Assembly (NCBI GenBank): GCA_050306095.1
Contig: JBNLGO010000004.1
Span: 14-64,013 of the forward strand
DNA: 64,000 bases
Origin: Cyclobacteriaceae bacterium
Lineage (GTDB): Bacteria > Bacteroidota > Bacteroidia > Cytophagales > Cyclobacteriaceae
Direction: 5' to 3'
Shown here piece after piece: positions 9,519-17,991 of this stretch. The position numbers and the translations under genes are program-made. The notes under the pieces are model-generated. The model did not search any database and was not told the DNA's origin. It saw only the letters and a program-made list of their open reading frames with translations. Position 1 is the first letter of the stretch. Each line of letters begins with the position of its first letter.

Positions 9519-10550
9519 ATGAAGTCTGGCATTAGATCAATTCTCATCATTACTATTTCCATTTTTCAATATGCTATCACTCTTGGCCAGATAACCGATG
9601 ACCGGATTGTTGTTGCACAATATGGCGAGGGTATTTTCAGCATTTTGGAGAGAAATGAAATGGAACCCTCCAAATACCTTAATTCTTTCATAGAAATCAA
9701 TCGTAAAAACATTAAAAAAGACAGTAGCCTACTTGCCGGAAACATTTATATCTTGCCTGAAATAGAGGTTGAAGAATTTATAACCCCACCCACTGCTCCA
9801 TCTCCAATCCTAAACCCTTCTAATATTTACTTTGGAGAAAACCAATACCCTACTTTAAAAGACTCTTTACTTGGTGGTGCTGTTTATTATCTGGTTTCAG
9901 GGCATGGCGGGCCAGATCCGGGAGCCCTGGGCACCTATAAAAAACACCAAGTGAGCGAAGATGAATATTCATATGATGTGATCATTCGCCTGGCTAAAAA
10001 TTTAATGGAACACGGTGCGGAAGTCTATATGATTGTGAATGATAATGATGATGGCATTCGGGATGAATATATATTGGATTTAGATAAGTCTGAAACTACA
10101 TACCCTGGTTTAAAAATGCCCCTTAACCAGCGTGCCAGACTTAAACAAAGAACTGAAAGTATCAATAAGCTTTATCATAAAAACCTTTCTAAATATCAGC
10201 GACTCATCGTTACACATATTGACAGCAGAAGTGAAGGGGAAAATATTGATGTTTTCTTTTATCATCATCACCGAAGCAAGAGTGGAAAAAAACTGGCCAA
10301 TGAAATTCACCAGACCATCAAGAAAAAATATGCAATTCATCAACCAAGACGTGCATATAATGGCACTGTAAGCTCCAGAAGTAATTTATATGTTGTAAAA
10401 AACACCTTGCCACCAATGGTCTATATCGAACTTGGCAACATCAAAAATCCCAAAGATCAAAAGCGATTTATACTTCCTGAAAACAGACAAGCGCTTGCCA
10501 ATTGGATAGCAATTGGAATTCTTAATGACTACCAAAATTCCAAAAATTAA
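9519..10550 (+). CDS. N-acetylmuramoyl-L-alanine amidase (Amidase_3 type) with an N-terminal LysM-like segment
   Basis: 343 aa with a signal peptide and SGHGGPDPGA, then a downstream ..IELGN.. pattern typical of MurNAc-LAA amidases. Confidence 0.8.
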   Translation: MKSGIRSILIITISIFQYAITLGQITDDRIVVAQYGEGIFSILERNEMEPSKYLNSFIEINRKNIKKDSSLLAGNIYILPEIEVEEFITPPTAPSPILNPSNIYFGENQYPTLKDSLLGGAVYYLVSGHGGPDPGALGTYKKHQVSEDEYSYDVIIRLAKNLMEHGAEVYMIVNDNDDGIRDEYILDLDKSETTYPGLKMPLNQRARLKQRTESINKLYHKNLSKYQRLIVTHIDSRSEGENIDVFFYHHHRSKSGKKLANEIHQTIKKKYAIHQPRRAYNGTVSSRSNLYVVKNTLPPMVYIELGNIKNPKDQKRFILPENRQALANWIAIGILNDYQNSKN

Positions 10551-10641
10551 ATCATCATTTTTATACAACATAATTCAGTGATAATGAGTTATATTGCTTC
10601 GTTAATCATCTTACTATATAGATGTTTTTTGAAGGCTTAAA

Positions 10642-11313
10642 ATGATACATCCGAACACTGAACTCCGGTTTATCAATCCACAGGTGGGTTACGGAGTGTT
10701 TGCCACTGCTTTCATACCTGAAGGCACCATTGTCTATGTAAAAGACAGTCTTGAAATTGAAGTTTCCCCGGAAGATTTTAACAACCACTCTCAAGAAATG
10801 CAGGATCAAATAGAAAAATATTCCTACATCGATGAGCGCGGATATAGAATCATCAGTTGGGATTTTGCAAAGTATGTAAACCATTGTTGTAATTGTAATA
10901 CAATTTCAACAGGGTATGGCTTTGAAATGGCGATAAGGGATATTTTCCCAAATGAGCAAATTACGGATGAATATGGGATATTCAACCTGGAAAACCCCAT
11001 ACCTCTGATTTGTAAGGAAGGTAATTGTCGAAAGGAAGTAAGACCAGAAGATTTTGATTTATTTTATCCCATTTGGGATGAAAAGATTAAATCATCCCTT
11101 GAAAAATTTTATTTCGTAGATCAGCCGTTATTAAGTTTTGTAGATCAATATACCCAGAAAGAGCTTCATGATTATCGAAATGATCCATTGAAGTATAAAT
11201 CAGTGTATTCATTAAGAAAAAAAGAATTGGGGGAAACATCTATTTTAAAGACGGGTATTGAAGATCTAAAATCAAATGGACTGACAGGAAGTAATGGAAT
11301 AAAGGAAATGTAA
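10642..11313 (+). CDS. SET domain-containing protein (putative protein-lysine methyltransferase)
   Basis: 223 aa with GYGVFAT, YVNHCCNCN (an NHSC-like motif) and EQITDEYG (an ELxxDY-like motif), which together form the SET-domain core. Confidence 0.7.
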   Translation: MIHPNTELRFINPQVGYGVFATAFIPEGTIVYVKDSLEIEVSPEDFNNHSQEMQDQIEKYSYIDERGYRIISWDFAKYVNHCCNCNTISTGYGFEMAIRDIFPNEQITDEYGIFNLENPIPLICKEGNCRKEVRPEDFDLFYPIWDEKIKSSLEKFYFVDQPLLSFVDQYTQKELHDYRNDPLKYKSVYSLRKKELGETSILKTGIEDLKSNGLTGSNGIKEM

Positions 11314-11317
11314 AGTT

Positions 11318-11335
11318 GGGGGAATTCTTTCCCCC
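11318..11335. terminator. Bidirectional hairpin terminator between the convergent SET and lipoprotein genes
   Basis: GGGGGAA-TTCT-TTCCCCC forms a 7-bp GC-rich stem followed by TTATTTTA. It sits exactly between stop codons at 11313 and 11341. Confidence 0.55.
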
Positions 11336-11340
11336 TTATT

Positions 11341-11550
11341 TTAGTCAAGTGTGCATTCAGCATCAAATGCTTCTAAAAACGCTTTAGCTAATTGTAAGTC
11401 TTCTTTTGTTATCGTATTTCCTTCATCATCTTTTTCACCTTCACATACGGTAGTTTCTCCTACGCATCTGAGACATACTTTCTCATCTTTTTTGCAAGAA
11501 TACATCAGTGCAAATGAAGAGATCAACACAAAGAATAGTAATTTTTTCAT
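11341..11550 (-). CDS. Small Cys-rich lipoprotein, function unknown
   Basis: 69 aa with a lipobox-like signal (MKKLLFFVLISSFALMYSC) and five further Cys residues. Confidence 0.5.
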   Translation of the reverse strand: MKKLLFFVLISSFALMYSCKKDEKVCLRCVGETTVCEGEKDDEGNTITKEDLQLAKAFLEAFDAECTLD

Positions 11551-11653
11551 GTTTACGGGTTTAATTGGTTGATTGATTAATGATTAAATATCGCTGAATA
11601 TGAGAAATATAAGTTGAATTTAAAACTATTCAATTGTTTTTATTATAGGCTTA

Positions 11654-12730
11654 TTATCCAAAAATAATAGCATAAACCATCGGAAGGTTATTGTGCAAAC
11701 ACTTCCATGATTCACCCCGGTCATTTGACAGGTATAAATTTCCGGTAGTTGTTCCAAAAACAAGCTGATCTTTGTTTTTTGCTAATGCATGTCGATAGGT
11801 AATGTCAAAAACTCCTTCTTGTGGCAAACCTTCTCTAAACGCTTTCCAAGACTTCCCTCCGTCATCTGTTCGGCAAACACATAATGCTCCATCAACCGCG
11901 ACTCTTATTTCATCGCTAATGCCTGGAACAACCCAGGCCACATTCGGATCATCTTCATCAGCCTGAATAGCAAAACCAAAATTTGCAGGGCCTTTATCTT
12001 CAGAAATATCTTCCCATTTTTCTCCACCATTATCAGTGCGGAAAACACCACAGTGATTTTGTTGCCACATCACTTCAGGCCACTTCAGGCAAAAATCTAA
12101 CAAATGAGGATCCTGGCCAACTTCTGCATTTTGATCTGGAAGAAAATCTGCTTTTAATCCCTTATTTCTTGGCTGCCAGGATTGCCCTCCATCCATTGTC
12201 TCAAAAACTCCTGCTACGCTTATCCCGACAAATAAGTGTTGGTCATCCTTTGGATCAATGAGAATAGAGTGAATTCCTGCTTGGTCTCTTCCGCCGCCAA
12301 ACCACTGATCTTTTCGCGAGGGGTGATTCCAAAGTGATTTAACCAATTCAAAATTTTTACCTTGATCTTCACTTACAAATAATCCTCCCGGTTCTGTGCC
12401 AATATATAGTTTATTTACACCATTATTTTGAGAGGAATTCATAGACCACAGGTATTTTGTGGTGGCTAATTTATCCTCCTTTAAAATAGTACCTTCAGGA
12501 TATTTCGGAGCCTCTACCTCTATCCATCTCTTTCCAAAATCATCTGAATAGTGCAACTTACATCCCCAATGCCCATGGTCGAGGCATGCCCACCAGCGAC
12601 CGGTATATTGATCTGAATAAATGTATGAAACAGGAATCCCTTTAAAATGTACTTCGCTATATTTCCATTCATGGGATTGATTTTTGAAAATCACCAGACC
12701 CTTTCGTGTGGCAATGAGCATTCTTTCCAT
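11654..12730 (-). CDS. BNR/sortilin-like (Ycf48-like) beta-propeller repeat protein, cytoplasmic (no signal peptide)
   Basis: 358 aa with repeated Asp-box-like motifs (SDDFGKRW, SEDQGKNF, TMDGGQSW, TDNGGEKW, TDDGGKSW, SNDRGESW). Confidence 0.6.
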   Translation of the reverse strand: MERMLIATRKGLVIFKNQSHEWKYSEVHFKGIPVSYIYSDQYTGRWWACLDHGHWGCKLHYSDDFGKRWIEVEAPKYPEGTILKEDKLATTKYLWSMNSSQNNGVNKLYIGTEPGGLFVSEDQGKNFELVKSLWNHPSRKDQWFGGGRDQAGIHSILIDPKDDQHLFVGISVAGVFETMDGGQSWQPRNKGLKADFLPDQNAEVGQDPHLLDFCLKWPEVMWQQNHCGVFRTDNGGEKWEDISEDKGPANFGFAIQADEDDPNVAWVVPGISDEIRVAVDGALCVCRTDDGGKSWKAFREGLPQEGVFDITYRHALAKNKDQLVFGTTTGNLYLSNDRGESWKCLHNNLPMVYAIIFG

Positions 12731-12742
12731 AGTTGAATATAT

Positions 12743-13015
12743 TTAGCCTCCAGATAAAGCTTGCATAATGTAAACCTGATCCTTTTCAGTCAATTGATCG
12801 GAAAGTGACGTGCGGTCGTGGATCAACTCATTGCCAATAAAGATATTTACATGCTTTCTTAAACTCCCATCTTCATTGATGATGTAATCTTTTATGCCTG
12901 GATATGATTGATCCAATTCGATCAACAATTCATTGACTGAAGAAGACTTGAAGTTTCCCGTGGTAAGTCCCGGAAAAAACCGTTTTAAGTTTTGAGTGAA
13001 GCTAACGCTCGGCAT
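12743..13015 (-). CDS. MoaD/ThiS-family ubiquitin-like beta-grasp protein with a C-terminal Gly-Gly
   Basis: About 90 aa ending ..VYIMQALSGG-stop, with the size and VNIFIGNE pattern of MoaD/ThiS. The track start at 13021 is a TTG, so I chose the ATG at 13015. The stop lies 12 nt upstream of the propeller gene start. Confidence 0.65.
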   Translation of the reverse strand: MPSVSFTQNLKRFFPGLTTGNFKSSSVNELLIELDQSYPGIKDYIINEDGSLRKHVNIFIGNELIHDRTSLSDQLTEKDQVYIMQALSGG

Positions 13016-13081
13016 AGTCAAATCAGGTAAACTAAATGAATTTACTGATTTGAAAAGATAGAGACAATATTCTGATGTATT

Positions 13082-14215
13082 TTAGAACAAATCGTATTCT
13101 AATAGACGGCACTCAATTTTACCATTGAAAAAAATCTTTTTACTCGAAGTTCGCAATCCCACTTTTTTAGCCGCATCAAAATTACCTGTGAAAATATAAC
13201 CGGTTTTTCCTGTACCCTTTTGCTTAAAAAAATCACCTATTTCCGTGTAATGTTGCTCCAGGTCTTTTTCAGATCCTAATCGCTCACCGTATTCAGGATT
13301 GACAATGATGATTCCTTTTCCATCAGGAATGAAAGTTTGCCGAAAATCACCTACCCTAAAATCTATCAGGCGATCAACTTTAGCCTTTTTGGCATTTTCT
13401 TTTGCTGCTTCTACAGCCCTGCGATTTATATCTGTGGCAATAATTTTAAAAGGTAATCGATCTATTGAACTTGATCGGTGTGTGGATTTTATGGTTTCAA
13501 AATCATTCCGATTATAGGAGCTTGTCTTTTGAAAACAATAGCTCCGGTGGATCTCTCCCGGAAATTTATTGATGGCCATCATGGCTGCTTCAATGGCAAG
13601 TGTACCGCTTCCACACATTGGATTGATAAAATGGGACTTCCTATCCCAATTCGTTGAATTAATGATCCCTGCTGCAAGGTTCTCCTGCATGGGTGCGCCT
13701 GTTGTCGTTTTTCGATAACCGTGCTTGGCAATAGTTTCGCCGGAAGTATCCAAGTAGATTTCAGCTTCCTTCTCAAACCAGTACAAAAATAAGACGATAT
13801 CATCTTTTCTAGGACCACTATCGGGACGCTGTCTATACAAATCCATAAACCGATCTGTAATAGCATCTTTTAAACGAAGGTTAGCGAATCGGGTATCTTT
13901 GATAAATTTATTCCTGACAAATGAATCAATGCTAATATATGATCCTTTATATATAAAATTTTCCCAAGGATATAATTTGGCTTTTTTATATAAATGATCA
14001 GGATGGGTAGCCCCGGTTTGAAACAATTTAAAAAGAACTCTATTCGCCGTTCGAAGCACAAAATTAAGCTTATAACAATCAACAATAGTTCCCTTTGTTT
14101 CTACAGATTTATCCTTTTTTTCAATGATTTCAAATCCATGGGATGATAGCTCATCACTTAGTTGACTGGACAATCCCGGACCACAGGTTACGAGTATTTT
14201 TTCTACTTGATTCAT
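13082..14215 (-). CDS. THUMP domain-containing class I SAM-dependent RNA methyltransferase (RlmL/RlmK-like, COG0116)
   Basis: 377 aa with an N-terminal THUMP-like region, a SAM-binding motif (FINPMCGSGTLAIEA) and a catalytic NPxYG-type motif (VNPEYGERL). Confidence 0.85.
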   Translation of the reverse strand: MNQVEKILVTCGPGLSSQLSDELSSHGFEIIEKKDKSVETKGTIVDCYKLNFVLRTANRVLFKLFQTGATHPDHLYKKAKLYPWENFIYKGSYISIDSFVRNKFIKDTRFANLRLKDAITDRFMDLYRQRPDSGPRKDDIVLFLYWFEKEAEIYLDTSGETIAKHGYRKTTTGAPMQENLAAGIINSTNWDRKSHFINPMCGSGTLAIEAAMMAINKFPGEIHRSYCFQKTSSYNRNDFETIKSTHRSSSIDRLPFKIIATDINRRAVEAAKENAKKAKVDRLIDFRVGDFRQTFIPDGKGIIIVNPEYGERLGSEKDLEQHYTEIGDFFKQKGTGKTGYIFTGNFDAAKKVGLRTSSKKIFFNGKIECRLLEYDLF

Positions 14216-14248
14216 AATAAAAAATGGCTGCCCTACTTGAGGACAGCC
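14216..14248 (-). terminator. Rho-independent terminator-like hairpin downstream of sdhB
   Basis: The minus-strand RNA reads GGCUGUCCUCAAGUAGGGCAGCC (8 bp with one mismatch) followed by AUUUUUUAUUAUG. A second 7-bp hairpin (GGACTAA/TTAGTCC) lies at 14271..14289. Confidence 0.5.
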
Positions 14249-14297
14249 GTTGAATTTACTATTTCTTTTTGGACTAAAATACTTAGTCCTGTTAATT

Positions 14298-15059
14298 CTA
14301 CTTTTCGTCAGTTAAAGAGGCAGAAAGGTATTCTCTATTTAGCCTTGCAATATGGCTTAAATCAATACCTTTTGGGCATTCAGAAGAACATGCTCCGGTA
14401 TTGGTACACGATCCAAAACCTTCGTCTTCCATTTGCTGTACCATGTTCAGTGCCCTTTGTTTTCTTTCCACCTGACCTTGTGGTAACAATGCCAATTGAG
14501 AAACTTTAGCAGCAACAAATAGCATTGCTGAAGCATTCTTACAAGCTGCCACACAAGCTCCACACCCAATACATGCTGCTGCATCCATTGCTTTGTCAGC
14601 ATCGGGCTTAGGAATAGGAATATTATTAGCATCTTGTACTGATCCTGTTCTTACAGAAACATACCCACCTGCCTGCATGATACGGTCAAATGAACTTCTG
14701 TCAACCACCAAATCCTTGATCACAGGAAATGATTTTGCTCTCCAAGGTTCAATGACAATGGTATCACCATCTTTAAAGCTCCTCATATGAAGCTGACAGG
14801 CAGTAATTAAGCTATCCGGACCATGAGGTCTACCATTGATATATAAGCTACACATTCCACAGATACCTTCACGGCAGTCATGATCGAAGTGAACAGGGTC
14901 TTCCCCTTTAGCTAATAAATCTTCATTAAGGATATCTAACATCTCCAGGAAGGAACTTCCCGGCGATACATTATCTATTTTATATGTTTTTAGCTCTCCT
15001 TTACTATTGGCGTCCTTTTGTCGCCAAACTTTAAGTGTATGTGAATGACCTTTTTCCAT
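14298..15059 (-). CDS. sdhB: Succinate dehydrogenase/fumarate reductase iron-sulfur subunit
   Basis: 253 aa with 2Fe-2S (CREGICGMC), 4Fe-4S ([11 protein letters not shown]) and 3Fe-4S ([12 protein letters not shown]) cysteine clusters. Confidence 0.95.
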   Translation of the reverse strand: MEKGHSHTLKVWRQKDANSKGELKTYKIDNVSPGSSFLEMLDILNEDLLAKGEDPVHFDHDCREGICGMCSLYINGRPHGPDSLITACQLHMRSFKDGDTIVIEPWRAKSFPVIKDLVVDRSSFDRIMQAGGYVSVRTGSVQDANNIPIPKPDADKAMDAAACIGCGACVAACKNASAMLFVAAKVSQLALLPQGQVERKQRALNMVQQMEDEGFGSCTNTGACSSECPKGIDLSHIARLNREYLSASLTDEK

Positions 15060-15211
15060 TATTTATAGCTTCTTTGAGTCAGTTTAACATTTTCAAATTC
15101 AAGGATCTCCTTGTGTAGTTCGGCTTGCGTATTGTCGCCTTTATATTCCCATGCTGATACATAAGTGAATTTATCATCGTCACGCTTAGCCTCACCTTCT
15201 TCCGTTTGGGA
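15059..15211 (-). pseudogene. sdhA: Detached C-terminal 50 codons of sdhA, in the same frame as 15212..16993 beyond the internal TAA
   Basis: Manual translation gives [53 protein letters not shown]. This final TAA overlaps the sdhB ATG as TAATG. The whole span 15059..16993 is 645 codons, a normal length for this SdhA/FrdA type. Confidence 0.75.
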
Positions 15212-16993
15212 TTATTCCCTGAAGTGGCCACCACATGATTCATTGCGATTGAGCGCATCATCTACCATCAACTCTCCAAGTTCCATAAAGTCAGCTACTC
15301 TCAGCGCTTTCTCCAGGGTCATATTCAATTCTTCATTGGATCCTATCAACTTAACATCCTTCCAGTACTCCTCGCGAAGTTTTTTGATTTCTTCCTTTGC
15401 TTCCTTGAGTCCTTTTTCGTTCCTGGCCATTCCGCACTTATCCCACATGATCTTCCCTAATTCTTTATGGAATTGATCCACAGTCTTCGAACCATTCACG
15501 CTCAAGAGCTTATCTATTCTCTCTTTTACTGATTTTTCAGCTTCCGCAAAGGCTTCATGATCAGTTGTCAGTTTTGTAGATGGAACATTTGCTAGGTAGT
15601 TACCAATGGTATAAGGCAATACGAAATAACCATCTGCTAAACCTTGCATCAAAGCACTTGCTCCAAGTCGGTTTGCACCGTGATCTGAGAAGTTACACTC
15701 ACCAGCAGCAAACAATCCGGGAACGGTAGTTTGAAGATTGTAATCAACCCAAATACCGCCCATAGTATAGTGAACAGCAGGATAAATCATCATCGGAGTT
15801 TGATAAGGATCGTCAGCAGTAATCTTTTCATACATTTGGAAAAGGTTGCCATATTTCGCCTCGATTACATCGCGCCCATCTCTTTCAATAGCGTCCCTGA
15901 AATCCAGAAATACAGCTAATCCTGTTTCTCCTACTCCTCTTCCTTCGTCACAAACGTTCTTTGCATTTCTTGAAGCCACATCCCTTGGAACCAAGTTACC
16001 AAACGATGGATATATTCTTTCCAAATAATAATCCCGATCTTCTTCAGCTACGTCTCTTGGTCTGATTTCTCCTTTTCGAAGTTTATCAGATACAGCTTTT
16101 TCTTTTGGCACCCATACCCTTCCGTCATTTCTCAGCGATTCTGACATTAGTGTCAATTTCGACTGCTGATCACCATGAACAGGAATACATGTAGGGTGAA
16201 TTTGGGTATAGCAAGGGTTGGCAAAAAATGCTCCTTTTTTATATGCTCTCCAAGCAGCGGTAGCATTACAGCCCATTGCATTGGTAGAAAGGAAAAATAC
16301 GTTACCGTATCCTCCTGTAGCTAAAACTACTGCATGACCCGCATGAGATTCTATTTTACCAGTTACCATATTACGGGTAATGATCCCTTTTGCTTCGCCA
16401 TCAATAAGCACCACGTCCAACATTTCTGTTCTTGGATGCATGGTAACTTTACCAGCGGCTACTTGTCTGCTTAACGCAGAGTACGCACCTAATAAAAGCT
16501 GCTGCCCAGTTTGGCCTCTGGCATAAAATGTTCTTGATACCTGTGCACCACCAAATGAACGGTTGTCTAGTAATCCACCATACTCACGTGCAAAAGGAAC
16601 TCCCTGAGCTACGCATTGGTCAATGATATTAGAGCTTACTTCAGCCAGGCGGTAAACATTTGCCTCTCGGGCACGGTAGTCACCACCTTTGATCGTATCA
16701 TAAAATAGTCTATAAACGCTATCACCATCATTTTGATAGTTTTTAGCCGCGTTTATACCTCCCTGAGCCGCAATACTATGCGCCCTTCGGGGACTATCCT
16801 GATAGCAAAAAGATTTTACATTATAACCCATTTCTGCAAATGAGGCTGCAGCTGATGCTCCGGCCAGACCGGTACCTACCACTATAATGTCATATTTTCT
16901 TTTGTTGGCCGGGTTAACCAGCTTCACATTAAATTTATGTTTTGTCCATTTCTCGGCTAATGGGCCTTCTGGAATTTTTGAATCTAACTTCAT
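15212..16993 (-). CDS. sdhA: Succinate dehydrogenase/fumarate reductase flavoprotein subunit, as delimited by an apparently premature in-frame TAA
   Basis: 593 aa with an FAD-binding N-terminus ([15 protein letters not shown]) and [15 protein letters not shown] and GANRLGA motifs. The ORF ends at ..[13 protein letters not shown], although the homologous frame continues (see the next feature). Confidence 0.9.
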   Translation of the reverse strand: MKLDSKIPEGPLAEKWTKHKFNVKLVNPANKRKYDIIVVGTGLAGASAAASFAEMGYNVKSFCYQDSPRRAHSIAAQGGINAAKNYQNDGDSVYRLFYDTIKGGDYRAREANVYRLAEVSSNIIDQCVAQGVPFAREYGGLLDNRSFGGAQVSRTFYARGQTGQQLLLGAYSALSRQVAAGKVTMHPRTEMLDVVLIDGEAKGIITRNMVTGKIESHAGHAVVLATGGYGNVFFLSTNAMGCNATAAWRAYKKGAFFANPCYTQIHPTCIPVHGDQQSKLTLMSESLRNDGRVWVPKEKAVSDKLRKGEIRPRDVAEEDRDYYLERIYPSFGNLVPRDVASRNAKNVCDEGRGVGETGLAVFLDFRDAIERDGRDVIEAKYGNLFQMYEKITADDPYQTPMMIYPAVHYTMGGIWVDYNLQTTVPGLFAAGECNFSDHGANRLGASALMQGLADGYFVLPYTIGNYLANVPSTKLTTDHEAFAEAEKSVKERIDKLLSVNGSKTVDQFHKELGKIMWDKCGMARNEKGLKEAKEEIKKLREEYWKDVKLIGSNEELNMTLEKALRVADFMELGELMVDDALNRNESCGGHFRE

Positions 16994-17008
16994 ATCAACT
17001 CAAAATTA

Positions 17009-17761
17009 TTAATGAATGAAAAAGAAATAAATAGGTAGCCATGCAAACAGCGCTGAAATGATAATCGAAAACGCTGTTCCGACAAATTTTATGGCCGGGG
17101 TATAGGATTTATGGTTAATCCCCAGTGTCTGAAATGCTGACTGAAAACCATGTGACAAGTGGAAGGCCATGCCTATCATGGATAAAATATAAATAGCTAC
17201 AATCCACCATACTTTAAAAGACTCCGATACCACAAGGTAGAGGTCTTTATATACTCCTTCTTCATGTTTCAATTCTTCGGTAATTTCTACATCAATCAAG
17301 CTTGATTTTTCTACTTCACCCACTGCGCTTACTTCGTATTTGGCAAATGGCATTGCTCCCCAATGATACGTTGCCCAAAAACCTCGTAAATGAACCACTA
17401 GAAAAATAAGGATGATGGTTCCCAAAATTCCCATATTTCGGGATTGCCATACACTGGTAGATTGATTACTTCCTGATTTGTACTTTTCAGGTCGTGCTTT
17501 CTGGTTTTTAACCGTAAGAATTAACGATACAATTACATGCAATAAAATACTAGTGTAAAGAACGTAAGAAACCGTTTTAATCAATGGGTTGGTTGTCATA
17601 AAAACCGAGTATTGATTAAAAGCGTATCCCCCGTCATCCTTAAGCAATTGCAAATTACCGATAAGGTGTACCACCAGAAAGGTGATGAGAAACAGTCCGG
17701 TCAGAGCCATTAGGAACTTTTTTCCCAAGGGACCGGTAAACACTTTTTTTACCTGACTCAT
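17009..17761 (-). CDS. sdhC: Succinate dehydrogenase cytochrome b subunit (b558 family)
   Basis: 250 aa with five predicted TM helices carrying conserved His residues (VVHLIGN, VVHLRG, AFHLSHG). It lies immediately upstream of sdhA. Confidence 0.9.
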   Translation of the reverse strand: MSQVKKVFTGPLGKKFLMALTGLFLITFLVVHLIGNLQLLKDDGGYAFNQYSVFMTTNPLIKTVSYVLYTSILLHVIVSLILTVKNQKARPEKYKSGSNQSTSVWQSRNMGILGTIILIFLVVHLRGFWATYHWGAMPFAKYEVSAVGEVEKSSLIDVEITEELKHEEGVYKDLYLVVSESFKVWWIVAIYILSMIGMAFHLSHGFQSAFQTLGINHKSYTPAIKFVGTAFSIIISALFAWLPIYFFFIH

Positions 17762-17991
17762 TTTAATTTTGTTTACTTGTGATTTATTAATTGGCTTTCA
17801 AATTTAATTTCGGAATTGTTACCAAACAAAATTAGTTTATTATGTGTCTTAATTTTAATACATTCTAAATTGAATAAGTTGACGGTTGTCATTTTAAGTC
17901 TCTGTGACAACAACTTGTTCTTTTTTTGTGTATGATTATATAATAATTAATTAAAAAATTAATTTTAATATTGAGTCAACGTGTGGTCAAA

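Noticed and set aside
12071-12090. A perfect tandem 10-nt repeat, CACTTCAGGC x2.
   Set aside because: It lies inside the beta-propeller coding sequence and the frame reads through it sensibly (..FCLKWPEVMWQQNH..). A recent 10-nt duplication would have broken the frame, so this is most likely coincidental.
15079-15261. A 60-aa minus-strand ORF overlapping the sdhA tail region.
   Set aside because: It is out of frame with respect to the homologous SdhA C-terminal reading frame and has no recognisable similarity. The in-frame continuation of sdhA explains this DNA.
17885-17911. The inverted repeat GTTGTCA-N13-TGACAAC in the sdhC / T9SS-adhesin divergent region.
   Set aside because: It has only 7-bp arms in a 230-nt AT-rich spacer and resembles no operator consensus I know. 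This is within chance expectation.
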